DNA of 63,973 nt, counting the filler, from Octopus bimaculoides (lineage: Eukaryota), in NCBI RefSeq assembly GCF_001194135.2. It is 6 parts of 5 records of this genome, joined end to end, with 100 filler letters (N's around TTAATTAATTAA, not from the genome) between each part and the next. Parts side by side here need not be neighbours in the genome. Positions count along the whole stretch, not along the records: positions 41,793 to 60,418 come from NC_068990.1; positions 60,519 to 62,594 come from NC_068998.1; positions 62,695 to 63,973 come from NW_026436039.1; 3 more parts are not named here. One strand, written 5' to 3'. Shown in pieces: positions 49,350-63,050 of this stretch. Made by a program: the position numbers and the translations under genes. Position 1 is the stretch's first letter; every line of letters begins with the position of its first letter. A model generated the notes under the pieces. The model had not been told where the DNA came from. It searched no databases and worked only from the letters and a program-made list of their open reading frames with translations.

Positions 49350-50287
49350 AAATTGATTTTACGTGCCCTTCCTCTTCGCGAAATCTTGAATGACTTCATC
49401 AAAATTAATTTTATCCGCAAAGTCGCGCTCTACGGATAGTACTGCTAAATCAGTCAACCTTGTTTGACTTATTGTGCACCTGGGGTGGTTCTTGATGAGC
49501 TTTAGTTTAGAAAGGGACCGTTCGTAGCTAGCAACGCTAATGGCACGATTTTGGAAGACTCTTGAAGGTATTACAATATTTGACAATGAATCAATAAGAG
49601 AGTATGTCATCCAAGTTCCCGTTTTGTAAAGTTCGAAAAAACCAGTTTCTTGACAGTCTTCTAATGTCCCCTTTCAGTTTTGTTATTTGTTCTGGACATA
49701 CAACTTTTTTGAATTCACAGTCAATATTTTGCACAGCCTTCGATCCTTGTTGTACAAGAATTTCCCGAATACCGCCATCGTGATTAAACTTAGTAGGCCA
49801 CATCCCAATGTCTTTCAAATTAATATTAGAGTTTTGTTCTTCAGTAGTTTATGGTGGATCAGCATCATCAACTTCATCTTCTGTCTTGTTTTCAAGTTGC
49901 ACTTCATTAACAACATCATCTCCATGACCTTCATTTCGCCTTTCCTCTTCTTCCCTTTTTTTTAATTTCGAAATGCTGCCCCGCTGTTCTTAATTCACTT
50001 CATCTCAAATTATATCAGTGATATCGTAAATTTATATGAATAAAACCAAATAGAATATAGACCAACCTAAAAAATAATCAACTTTCTGAATATGACCGAC
50101 ACACGGTCTTATCCAGTTGCACATAATATTATTGTATTAACAATATTATACTGTATATTACACAATATCAACACACAATACAAGTTTACTGATGATAGAT
50201 TTAAATTTTAAAGAAATTTTAATAACTACTATACATTATTAAAGTGTATAATATTTATACTGCCCACCCCACTCTTGGTACGCCACT
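49350..50287 (-). mobile_element. Internally deleted hAT transposon (N-terminus joined to the C-terminal dimerization domain)
   Basis: ISVASYERSLSKLKLIKNHPRCTISQTRLTDLAVLSVER..INFDEVIQDFA is the hAT C-terminal dimerization motif. Directly upstream are DIGMWP...RRLSRNWFFRTLQNG and SGAAFR. A TIR-like AGTGGCGTACC lies at 50277-50287. Confidence 0.85.
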
Positions 50288-50529
50288 TCCCTTAATTGTG
50301 CCTTGATGAAATATCAACAGTTGTTAGGGACTAAAATATCTTTTGGTTCTGAAGAGAAAGGCTGGTCTCAGATTCAATCCTCTGTGACAGTGCAGCTCAG
50401 TATTTGGAGCGATTGTGAGGACTAGCTGAGGATCGCTCATGTTTAGAAGGGATGTGATGCAGTATTGTTTTGTTGATATATTAAGTGCTTAATGCTCTTT
50501 TTTCAAATTGCCTTTAAAAGAGATAACAT

Positions 50530-51170
50530 TGACATGGTGTTATTGGAAGACACTTTCAAAGACCCCGTTTATGCAATCAATGCGGCCTTGGTGTTTAATG
50601 TATGCTTTGAGTGTGGCTGAGGCAGAGTAAGGGAAAGTTAGGAAAGAGTGACGGGTAGTGTTATCTGCATAACTGTGGGCGCTGTTGGATGCGCTGGCTA
50701 GTAGGTTATTGATGTATAGAAGAAAGGAAGTGGGGCAGAAAAAACCTCTGTCCACATACTCGGTGATAGAACTGTGATAGGAAGTTACCAATGCAAGAGA
50801 TGAGAGACAGCTGGGGTTTGCTATAGGAATGCTTAGACAGATTTGTATGCCAGATGCACCCGAAGGTTTTGTTGATATCTAGAGCTACAATACCCTTTTT
50901 GTCGAACTTCTCTAAAGCGGGAGCCTACGGGTGACTGATAAAAGGTCTCTAATGGATTTGGTTCTGCGAAAGCGGTACTACTAATCAATGGTGTGTGTGT
51001 GTGAGTGTGAGTGAAAGAGATAGGGTGTGCATGAGAGAGAAAGACAAGGAGATAGAGGTAGGTGAGGGTATAACGAAGATGGGAAGGAAAATGTAAAAAA
51101 TGATATCCGACTTGAGATGAAAATGAACTGGTAAGCGACGATTTATTCTCCGTTATAAAATACAATGACT
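50530..51170 (-). mobile_element. CR1/Jockey-type RT remnant
   Basis: VALDINKTFGCIWH and PTSFLLYINNLL...SYADNTT (decayed YADD). Confidence 0.8.
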
Positions 51171-53229
51171 GCCATACATGAAATAAAATAAAATAAAATA
51201 ACAGGTTACAAAGATGTGTGAGAGACTTCGTAGTCAGGCTGGACTGTTGATCTTGTAGACAAAGCTGAAGTGTGTAGAGGCACCCGTTGGTCTCTTGGTC
51301 GTGTGGTGCCCATACAGCAACGATGCAGGCAAGTGTCTAATGGAGATGGAAGCGGAGATTGTCTGGTGTCAGATACAGCGTTGTCAGAGACGAGTTGCGT
51401 GTGGTCAGTGGCGTGTGTCAAAGACATAGAACAGTCGCGAACTGTCGTTCTTATAGAGATCAGGAGGCTCCCAGAGCTGGCGATTAATTTCCGCGTAAGG
51501 AAAAATGAACTGTTGCGGCAACACGATTGGACGGTTGGATACCGACCAATACGGACAACAAGTTCGGCTAATCACAAGGTCATGTGACCTGCTGGAACGA
51601 AAAGGCCTATGGAACAGATATCCAGGTTTTTAAACCTAAACAACCGCGACGAAAACATCTCACACATAATGACTGTGTAAATCACTTCTACTACAACGTC
51701 AATTGGTATGTTATTGCGGCACCACATATAGGGAAGATAAAATATATCAAGGAAATAAAAGTGTATGCGGAGTTATTAAAAAAAAGACAAAAAGAAACTG
51801 GAGAGTATTCGAACCCTCAGCTGCTTTACTCTAAAATCGAAATGTCTTTATTACAGGTGTAAAATATTTAGATATCGAATTAAATCAAACATTCAACAAG
51901 ATTTGCAATGCATTCTAGAGTTGGACACACACATTCGCACGCGCGCACACACTCATTCCTGCATATNNNNNNNNNNNNNNNNNNNNNNNNNNNNNNNNNN
52001 NNNNNNNNNNNNNNNNNNNNNNNNNNNNNNNNNNNNNNNNNNNNNNNNNNNNNNNNNNNNNNNNNNNNNNNNNNNNNNNNNNNNNNNNNNNNNNNNNNNN
52101 NNNNNNNNNNNATATATATATATGTATATACACACACACAAACACACAAACACACATTGACACACATATCTAAAGAATGTCCTGATTGAAAACTGTAAAC
52201 ACCATTTTAAAAGATACAAAAGATTATAAAGATTATTGAAAACACACTGAAGTAAAATCAGTGAAAGAAATAAAAGCTCCACAATAAACACAAGAAACAG
52301 TAACAAAACAGTAGACTATTAAGAAACAAAAAAAAAAAAGAAAAATACAAAATAATGACAGCCAAATTGATAAGACATGATTACAATATAGCCGCAGGAA
52401 TGGAAATAATAAACAGTAACAATAAATGGTTTCCAATGAAACAGTAGAAGACGCTCCCTAAAATAAATATTGTTGACAAAAACTGTGCGACAAACAACCT
52501 TTAACAATCTTCAATGTACAAGGTATAGCTATTATATGTAAGTCTCAGTGGATGCCCTCCTCGTAATTAATCTTTCTTAAAATCTTTGAAATAAAATAAG
52601 ATTATCCAAAATGTTAGGATGTTCTGAAAATAGAGGTAATTTCCATATAACCTCTGTAGTGGAAGTGATACAAGAAAAGGATATAAGAAGAAAAAAAACG
52701 TATTTAAGTTAAAACAAAACCTTGCATAAGATACGAAACGTGCAGTAGTACTGATCAGTGTTTACATCTTATCAATAAAATAATAAAAGACTTCAAGCAT
52801 TAACCATCTTCATCATCACCCACACAACAGCTGCTACCACAGCTGTCCACGGCCACCATCATGAACCAAAGAAGGGAATCTCTGGACCTGTCAGAAATAG
52901 TAGCCAAATCACCCCAAACCAAAATCCACTGTTTTAGAAAAGAACACTTTCGATAATGTAGTCTTAGGCACAAATGGGCATGACGCAGTCTTACGCATAA
53001 AAATATGCAATCCTGTCATAGATTTGCACACATATATACACTCAAACTCTTACTCTTCCACATAGGAAAAGACTGGATGATCACTGCTAGAGTGCTAGTG
53101 ATCATGATGTCATGTTCTATCAGGATTTACCTGAGGTAAAAAAGAAAACAAAACCAGCACAATGATTACAATAGCCAATATCATTACTGTTGTAGACATC
53201 ATTGCAATCAATCACTCCTACATCTAATA

Positions 53230-53607
53230 GTGGAGGCGCAATGGCCCAGTGGACTCGCGGTCATAGGATGGTGGTTTCGATTCCCAGACCGGGCGTTGTG
53301 AGTGTTTATTGAGCGAAAACACCTAAAGCCCCACGATACTCCGGCAGGGGTTGGTGGTGAACCCTGCTGTACTCTTTCATCACAACTTTCTCTCACTCTT
53401 ACTTCCCGTTTCTGTTGTGCCTGTAAATTCAAAGGGCCAGCCTTTGTCACGCTGTGTCACGCAGAATATCCCCGAGAGGTTACACGTTAAGGGTACACGT
53501 GTCTGTGGAGTGCTCAGCCACTTGCACGTTAATTTCACTAGCAGACTGTTCCGTTGATCGGATCAACTGGAACCCTCGACGTCGTAAGCGACGGAGTGCC
53601 AACAACA
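53230..53607 (+). mobile_element. SINE family 3, near full length
   Basis: Head GGAGGCGCAATGGCCCAGTGG, tail GGAGTGCCAACAAC, and a TSD-like ACATCT[A/G]ATA. Confidence 0.9.
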
Positions 53608-53769
53608 TCTGATATGAGAAAAGTACAAACTACCCACACTACTACTAATGTCAACGCGTCCACAGCAGTCAATGTCTTTCAAACTGCATCCTTAGAAAAA
53701 AAAAGAACAAAATGCACGTAGGATANNNNNNNNNNAAGAACATAGAATAAATAACAACAACGAAACTAA

Positions 53770-53771
53770 AA

Positions 53772-53839
<68 letters not shown>

Positions 53840-54106
53840 GCTACTACTACTACTACTACTACTACCACCATCATGATTGCTGTTACTTCATCCGCCAAAA
53901 CTGCCACCAACCCTCCTCCTACTACTACTGCAATCGCTACCATCACTACGGTCATCATCAATACTTTGTCCAATACAGTTATTTCACCTAGCAGTAATAA
54001 GTCACCCTCCTGCCTCCACCAGCACCAGCACCAGCACCGTCACCACCACCAGCAGCAGCACTACCAACACCAGCACCAGCACCACCACCACCACCACCAC
54101 CATCAC

Positions 54107-54144
<38 letters not shown>

Positions 54145-54151
54145 ACACCAC

Positions 54152-54183
<32 letters not shown>

Positions 54184-54190
54184 ACACCAC

Positions 54191-54225
<35 letters not shown>

Positions 54226-54232
54226 CCATTAT

Positions 54233-54270
<38 letters not shown>

Positions 54271-54277
54271 ACACCAC

Positions 54278-54309
<32 letters not shown>

Positions 54310-54316
54310 ACACCAC

Positions 54317-54351
<35 letters not shown>

Positions 54352-54358
54352 CCATTAT

Positions 54359-54396
<38 letters not shown>

Positions 54397-54420
54397 CCAT
54401 CATCACCATCAATATCACCG
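53770..54420. repeat. Compound (CTA)n, (CAC/CAG)n and (CAT)n microsatellites
   Basis: Direct reading. Confidence 0.95.
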
Positions 54421-54935
54421 CCCTCACCGCTGCCGTTGTTTCTTCTGCTACTACAACCATTACCATGTCTACAGTTTCTTTCCATGATAACTGATACACC
54501 GACAGTCTTACCGACACATCTTACAAGTTTAACAAAGGCAAGCTACAAAACATCACTACATTCCTAACAATATCATCTTCAACAATAACACCACCAGCAG
54601 CACCACAATCAACCCCCAACCACTAGCGTCTCTGCCACCATAAGCAACAACAACAAGAGCAAAAACAAACAACAACATCGAAACACCTAGTTCTTCAACG
54701 GATGATTTTACTACTCCAAGGATTCTGGATGTAATCCTAACCACCAAGCCCCACGCCACATCCAAAAGCATCCATCTTTGATGTCCGTCTTTTACGTTTG
54801 GATTAAAATTTCTCATTTCTGGCGAAACCCATTCATGCGGCAATTATTCACTCAGTTTGTTCTACTTCTCTCCCAGCCACAACTGCTTCTTTATTTCCTA
54901 CCCTCTCCTCAATTCGTGTTCAAACATGTTACCTA

Positions 54936-55004
<69 letters not shown>

Positions 55005-55437
55005 CCTACCTACCTACCTACCTACCTACCTACCTACCTATCTATCTATCTACCTATCTATATGCTTTGATTATTTTTCTTAACACGTGCGTAAAAATGC
55101 AACTGCCAGAAAGCCGTGCATAACTAAAGATAAACAGAATTTTATATCGATGTAGCTTTATATAGAGAGTTGTAGGTGAGTTTAATAAGACGCACACCTA
55201 TATCTGTAAATATGTATGTATGTATGTATGTATGTGTGCATGTATGTATGTGTATGTGTGTACATGTAGCTGTTTGCATATGTATGCGCGTGTTCACAAC
55301 TATGCCATCGTAATACTAGCGCATGGAAATATATTTGTGTTTGTACGCATAAAAATATGCAATCATATAATAGATTTGCGCACATATATACACTCATCAC
55401 ACATAAAATATATAGACATGTATACACATACCTACAT

Positions 55438-55468
<31 letters not shown>

Positions 55469-55712
55469 ATATGCAATACATGTATGTGTATAACATGCAT
55501 ACGTGTGTATGTATTATGTGTATGAGAGTATGCTTGAATAATAATGCAATAATCTTGGACATTTTTAATACTTTCTGCATTCCATCCCTACATTTTTTTT
55601 CTTCCTTCTCTTGTATTTTCTCTCTTGTCCCTTTTTGATATCCTATTTCTTCTACAGACTGTTACGCTGAGAAAACACCCTTATATACACACATGCATGC
55701 ACGCGCGCATCA

Positions 55713-55763
<51 letters not shown>

Positions 55764-57449
55764 GCATGTATAAAATTTGATATATATATGTTTATATGAA
55801 TCTATGTATATGTATGCTTACATTACACATTTACAGGTATGTACGTATTTATTTCGATTACATGTATTTCTGTATTTGTGTATGTACTTACATTCTATAC
55901 ACAGACACATACACGCATACACACACTCACATACACATGCATGTATTCATTTACTTCTTAGGCACTATACTTCCATTCGTACTTATTTTCAAAATTTTTT
56001 TTTTTTTGCCAGTTTTCTCTCCTTCGTCGGCATTACCTTCCCTGGATTCTATTTCTCCAATGGTCAGCAGATACAGTGGGAAATCTTTAGATCTTCACTA
56101 GACTCGCTACATCAAATATTAGCATTTTAATCCTATATGCTTTTTACTGCTCTTTCTACCGTTATTTTATAAAAATATTGTTGTTGCTGTTCTTATTGTT
56201 GTTGTTGCAGATGAATTTCGTGTTTGTTTTTCATATATATATGAGTTTGCTATCCGAAGCAACAGAGCAAAGCATGCTTCCACCTCACTAATAAAACTTT
56301 GCCATTTTCTATGCAGGCTTAACTACAAGAAGTACACCGCAGCAAATGCCTGAATGATTATATATACGCACACACGTCAGTACGTAGGTTTGTAGTCATG
56401 TATGTATTCACGTATGAATATATGTATTCATGTATGCATGTGTGTACTTAGCTTTGTATGTGAGTGTATATATATATATATTCATATGTATGTATGTATG
56501 CATATTTACACATATGTATATATTTACATATATCTACATATGTGCATGTATGTGTGTGAGTGTGTGTGTGTGTGTGTGTGTGTATAATGCATATGTGATA
56601 TTCTAAAGGCATACACAAAAAACATATTATATATATATATATATGTATTATAGCTTATGTGCATGTATATCTGTATATACATATATCCATATATATGAAT
56701 ATATATATACATCCAAGTATAAGAATGTATATAATAATATACATTACACATATATATTATCAAAATATAAATGTAAATAAAATATATTTGTACATGTAGC
56801 TATATGTATGTATGCATATGTGTATGCGCATGTGTATGTATGTGTATATATATATATATATATATCTACATACGTGCAAGCATGTTATATACAAGTATAG
56901 ATACATGCAGACACACTTATAATCGCGCTCATATTTAAAAAAATAGTATAAATATCAAACTGAAGAAGTGAAGGTAGAGCAAAAGAGAGAGAAAAACGGA
57001 GAGTTAAATAAATAATCTTACATAAAAATACTTTCATAAAATATCTTAACGCATTGCTTCGTATTAAGACTTATCCGAGAAACTTCAATACGGTCCGGAT
57101 ATACATAATGCTAGGTATAAGTATATAGATGTATTAGCTCATGCCGTATCTAAAGTCATACATAACATCAAAATCTATTGAAAACAACCTAGAGGAAAAA
57201 CAGAAAAAGTGTTACAAAAATATACTTATAACTCAATGGTTTAGTCAAGGATGACGACCTCAACTTCGGGCAAACGTGCAATTTAATATCTGCATACAAT
57301 AAATATTTATTCCATTGAGAAGTAGTCTGGAATGTCTAGGAGATCTGTATTTTCGCGGCAGCATAAACCATTATAAAATATAGAAATATATATATAGGAA
57401 AGAGAAAGTGGGGTAGTTTGGCGCATGTCATTGCTATCAGTTCAAACAT

Positions 57450-58800
57450 TCATCAGGATGTTTTTTGCATTCACTGCTTCCACTAATGAACTGGGCCTCC
57501 TAATGGTAATGGCAACATGTTACAATAACAACTGCAAAATGGTGTTTGCACATCAACAATCGGACATTCTTTTAACAAGAGCAACCCCACTCCCCCATCC
57601 CCGAGAAAATTAATCACTTGAAACAAGTCAAAGAAAACAGGGCTGAAGATGAAAAAATATTCACTTTCTACCGATATCACGTCTTTGATCACTTTCTTCC
57701 ATCTGATTAAAACAAAAAAAACAGCAATGTGAAGTCTCAGCTTTTGACAAAATCTCAAGCATTCGCCTGCACTAACCAATATCATCACTACCAAATTTCT
57801 AGCCTCTGGAAGTAGATGCTTGGTCAGATCATAACATTTCTAAAGTCCAACAAAAATCTCAAATGAAGAAGCATCCTACAGATTCATCACTGGCCTGGAC
57901 AAGACATTTACTTCTCATCAACACAGATTGCAACAATGACTACATATAACAAATATTAAACTAAAACTAGCTGGATATGAGGAGGCACAGATTATGCGAG
58001 CTATAGAGTAGCTATAGAGTAGCTATAGAGTCTTTGCTACTACATAAAGAATTATCTCCAAACACATCCACAACTCACCGTATTACTACAACAACAGCGT
58101 CTTAAGTATTCATTCTCCCTATTAATCTCAGACAAACATACGTAAACACATGCACACAGAAATAGCTATGTCGTCAATAACCTTATTATTCTCAAGTACA
58201 ATGCGGAGACAAGAAAGGTGACTATCGAGCTCTGATCCAGACGACCTTGGCTGCCGCTATTGTGAATATCACCAGAATCTACAAGCTCACAGAAATGGGC
58301 TGAACAATGGACGAAGTACAGAATATAAGACTGCAAGCGTATGGTTAAACCCTGAGTGCCTGAGTGTTCACTGAATGTTCACTGAGTGTTAGGCTCAGTT
58401 ATAATATAACTGATATACCACGCTCCTACCTAGCTAAGGACTACACCTGTGCCATAATATGCACAACTGCGAGCAGTTTACTTTCTCCTTTGTCACCTCG
58501 CATATATAGCACTACCTGATTTGCTTTAAAAAGACTAGTCTTTCTCTTCAAACTTCTGAAATACATAATCTCTAATCAACAGCTGACCATCTACAAAATA
58601 CATACGACCTATAATGGAGTACTGTTCACATATTTGAGATGTTACACCAGATAGAAACACATACATCCTAGATCACAGCAAAATTATAGCAATTTGGCAG
58701 AATAGAAAATCTATTAACTCACTAGTTTTTCCCAGACGTACTATTTTGCCTACCACTACTACAATAATCTCAGTAACTCTGAACTAGTAATCAGTACGTA
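57450..58800 (+). mobile_element. Highly decayed non-LTR (CR1/Jockey-like) element
   Basis: Near 58590 LTIYK..RPIMEYCSHI matches the post-RT motif YKxxIRPxMEYCSHxW. The upstream boundary is uncertain. Confidence 0.5.
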
Positions 58801-61294
58801 TAATACACTTTAGCGCACCATCCGTGGTATGCTAAGCTGATTCATTTAAGAAACCCCAGAAAATTATCTAATTGAAGGTATCACCCAAGACCTAATACTT
58901 GAGTAATTCGAATTCACTATGTACGTAAACGAAGAATATACATCCACAGATTTAGATTTCTTCTATTTTACTTACCATATATGAAGACTTTTGTCAGGGC
59001 AAATGACCTCAGAATATAGTGAATGAATTCATACATTAAAACTGGCTTAAGACAGATAAAACGGGTCTGAAATATTCAACAATTTCCATACGCATTACTG
59101 AATTCACTCAGTAAATTTAAATAAGGCCCCCCCCCAAAAAAAAAAGTTGAAAAAAAAAACAAAGTTGTTACGAATTCTCTCTTGTGTACAAATTAATACC
59201 AAGATTAAGTGGGAACATACTAACCTTAGCTGAAAAACGGAAGAAGTTATTGTTTTGATTGAAAAAAAAAATGCATACATTTAATTTTAACAAACATAAA
59301 TGGTTGATTATTTGTTTTTACATAGTTCTTGGTGTCAGAACTTTTAGCTTATGATATTGTTGAAACTCAAACATAATGCTACAAAACGGTACCAAAATAT
59401 AACAATGGCACAAAAATATTAATTTCAAGTAATTTACATTCTAGAGTTGTTTGCCTTTTCCATTGTGGGACAGCATTAATCATTAAAGATATTTTCCTCA
59501 TCAGATGTGTAATTTTAATTAAGTTTTTCAGTTCATTACATTAAATTTGCTAGCACAGACTTAACTATTATTTTCTTCATAAGAAAACATGCCTGGGTAA
59601 TTTCACCCAATCATTTTTTTTATCGGTGAACGACTCTGATATTATTGTATATGAGCAATTTGATATCAGCTTTCATAGATAATAAGCAATCAAAATCTTT
59701 GTGAAAGCTGGCTCAAGTTCAGATCACCTTACCAATAATCATAGTAGCGATTCAAATGCTTGTTTCGTAAAGAAGGGGAAAAAGGGGAACAGAAAGGAAA
59801 AGCCACCTTCCCCGAAAATATAGAACGATGAAGAGAGAAAATGCATTATGAGAAGTAGGCCACTGTTTTCAAAAGGCGTTCAAGTCTAGTTTAGACAAAA
59901 CTGTAATTTATGTTTGGTATTGTTGTAGATATAGAAATTGTAAGACGTAATGAAAAACATAGCAAAACACCTTTTCTCAGAGGCAGAACTCTACCCTAGA
60001 TTGAAGTATCTATAATTACAGATATGACCAAATAACAAAAGCTGAAGGGAAATGGGGCAACATTCTTCTTTTGATATTCTTTTTAGGATTTTATAAATAC
60101 TTCATAAATTTTTTTACTTCATTTCTTATTTACAAATGTATTTTAACGTTCTCTAGAATTTGCAAGTTATTTCGTATTTTCCGAAAAAAAAAAAAAAAAA
60201 GCCAGCAAGACAATTCAGACTGGAGACATTGCATTGATGTTTTGATTATTTACATTTGAACACCTTACTCAACTGTATATAACTGTTTCGTTTTTATGCT
60301 TTTATTTTACTCCTTTTGTTTTTAAATACAATTATCTATTTGAATATGTTTATATATTTGCTTTATTAGTACCAAATTATTGTAAATAGTTAAAATATCG
60401 TTCTATCCAACTCTCTCCNNNNNNNNNNNNNNNNNNNNNNNNNNNNNNNNNNNNNNNNNNNNTTAATTAATTAANNNNNNNNNNNNNNNNNNNNNNNNNN
60501 NNNNNNNNNNNNNNNNNNTATATATATATATATATATATATATATTCATACATATATATATATGCGTGTGTGTGTACGTATATGTGTATATATCCACATA
60601 TACACACAAGCAAACGCGTTCACACTGGCGCACCACCTTAAGCAACCATGTGTCTTATATCAAACAGAAAACAAGAAAGAACGGAGACCGACAATCCCAA
60701 AGACAATACCTGTCAGTAAGAGTTACCTGAGTGTACCTGTGGCATCAGTATTACACAAAAATATATTTCTTAACCACCTCATACATCCACCCACTTTTTT
60801 TTTATTCAGCAGTCGTTGTCACTGATAATCCTTCCTGCAGTAAAACACCTGTGTTAAAACAGGTGTAATACATTTAGGCTTGTCTAGACTATCGGATATA
60901 AAGTGATTCAGTTTTATGACAACGTATTACATATATGGATATTAATTAACAAGCAATGAAACGTGGCGAATGGGGTGATTTTTCTGTACCATTAGAGGGT
61001 CGTTATGCCAATAATGAACACACTCACTGGTTCTATTTCACTTCTTTAATTCATCATCATCTTCACCACCACCACCACCACTACCACCATCATCATTATC
61101 ATCATCATTACCACTAACATGAAATAGTTGTCTCCAAGTGCACGATAAAGTTGCATCCGTAGTATGAACTTATGTTATTGGACATACCTGATGTTAGTTT
61201 CATCAGCCACACTCAGCGTATGCGTGTCGGTAGAGAGTATTAGTTTTGGAGTTTTCTTCCTCAGAGATTGGTTGCTTTCAATTCAGATAAGGAT

Positions 61295-61445
61295 CTCTGC
61301 CTACTTTTGCCATCTGAGTGGACTGCGATCAACGTGAAAATAAAGTGTTTTGATCAATGACTCAACGCGACTCCGGGAATTGCAACCATAACCTTACGAT
61401 AGTGACCCGAATACGCTTGCCACCAACGCATGCGCTTTCCCTGCC
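61295..61445 (-). mobile_element. Old family-4 (V-like) SINE head remnant
   Basis: Minus strand CAAAACACTTTATTTTCACGTTG...CAGTCCACTCAGATGGCAAAA resembles 16940-17020. Confidence 0.5.
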
Positions 61446-62067
61446 TTAGATATAACACGCCCCGAACTAACTGACAAACATACAGCAGGCACATTCTGTT
61501 ATGCTGAAGTTAATTTCTTGCCATGATGACATGCAGCGCCCTCTTCAGGCATGACCACACAGGTCAGTTTCTCAGGAGCATCACTGGTCAAGGGGATCAG
61601 TTCTAATCTATGCATGCTGTGGCTTGCTGGCAATAAATAAATACTATCTGGCCGAGTGCACCAAGGAGGGGGGGGCGAAAAACTTCTATGACGACTCCGG
61701 TGGTGTACGAACCTGTGAGGTGGAGGTTCCACGATGCTGTTATAGGGCATTTGTGGTGGTTTACTTACGCGTAATAGGTCCCGCCCTCAATTAGGGCCAA
61801 ACCGAGCGAGATACAGCTGTAGGGGAATATCTGCTTACCAGAGACCAGCCACCCGTGGAAATAGGCTTCTCGGGAAGACGGGTGGAGATCTGTGTATTTG
61901 GTATGTCGACTGCTGGGCCGTGTATTTCTAATTAGTAACACGATATAGTCAGCATGTAGTGTGCTTACAGGCATACACAGGCATACACACGCATACACAC
62001 ACACACACACACACATACACACACATACGCGTGCGGGCACGCATATGCGCTTGCATATCTGTATATA

Positions 62068-62175
62068 TGGATACGGCTGTGATTAAGATGTTCGCCTCAA
62101 AACCAGGTGGTTCCGAGTTCGATGCTACTGCGTTGCGCCTTGGAGAAATGTTATCCATTACAACCTCGAGTATGA
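62068..62175 (+). mobile_element. Old CORE-type SINE head
   Basis: GGCTGTGATTAAG...GGTTCCGAGTTCGATGCTACTGCGTTGCGCCTTGG resembles the family-2 head. Confidence 0.5.
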
Positions 62176-62367
62176 GTATCTGTTGGTGTGGGTATCCATC
62201 CATCCATCCATCCATCCATACATACATACATACATGTATGTATGTATGTATGTATGTATGTATGTATGTATGGATGTATGTATGCACGGTATACATACAT
62301 GTGTGTGTGTGTATAGAGAGAGAGAGAGAGAGAGAGAGAGGGAAAGTTAGATAGATAGACACACATA

Positions 62368-62402
<35 letters not shown>

Positions 62403-62899
62403 ATATATATATATATAAATTAATTGTGGTTTTGGAGTCAGGATTTGACTGCTATTTTTTCAGCGTGGTGGTATCTCTTGATACCCTGTATTATAATTTT
62501 AAATAATTATTACCTTTGATGGTTTTTATTCCCATGCTGACCACTTGATAAGATCAATATTTTAAATACCGATCTTATCCTTATTTATATAAATNNNNNN
62601 NNNNNNNNNNNNNNNNNNNNNNNNNNNNNNNNNNNNNNTTAATTAATTAANNNNNNNNNNNNNNNNNNNNNNNNNNNNNNNNNNNNNNNNNNNNCGGATT
62701 CATATCAGAAGGACTGTGTGAATCGAATCACGTCGGGGTCACCAGTTTGTAAGAAATGTGGTTATACACCATTAGGTGTATACCCACTTCCGTACATTAA
62801 ATTCGGAATAAACAACGTAACGCAGAACTCTGAACTATCAACACAACAATATTTATTTATGGAGGAAAATAGGCAGCTTTAATCTTGGCTGCTGAGACG

Positions 62900-63050
62900 C
62901 CGGAATGTTGTTGTGAGCTGTCCCCTGAGTTGGAAAGCTGGAGCGACAGCTTGACATGACCTTGCTCATGGCCGGCCGGCCGAGAAAGAGAATGAATAAG
63001 GGCGCCAAACTTGGATATTGATGACTACGCATGCGCACGAGACAAGGCGT
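62900..63050. promoter_or_regulatory. Candidate CpG-rich promoter
   Basis: GC/CpG-rich patch with GCATGCGCA (NRF1-like, ~63031), GGCGCCAAA (E2F-like, 63001) and GGCCGGCCGGCC. Confidence 0.3.

Noticed and set aside
29800-53300. tRNA-like sequences at SINE 5' ends (e.g. 29790-29838, 36238-36330, 43575-43639, 53230-53290)
   Set aside because: They are fused to SINE bodies with tails and TSDs, so they are not tRNA genes.
53873-54517. Poly-His, poly-Asp and poly-Met ORFs
   Set aside because: Translations of a (CAT)n microsatellite that is open in several frames, with no complex coding flanks.
59728-59760. Possible 26-nt micro-exon on the minus strand
   Set aside because: Splice-like signals alone are common by chance, and no linked exons were identified.
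61500-61560. Minus-strand CTGAAGAG...GAAA motif
   Set aside because: Stem II and the A15.1-U16.1/stem I geometry do not fit a hammerhead.
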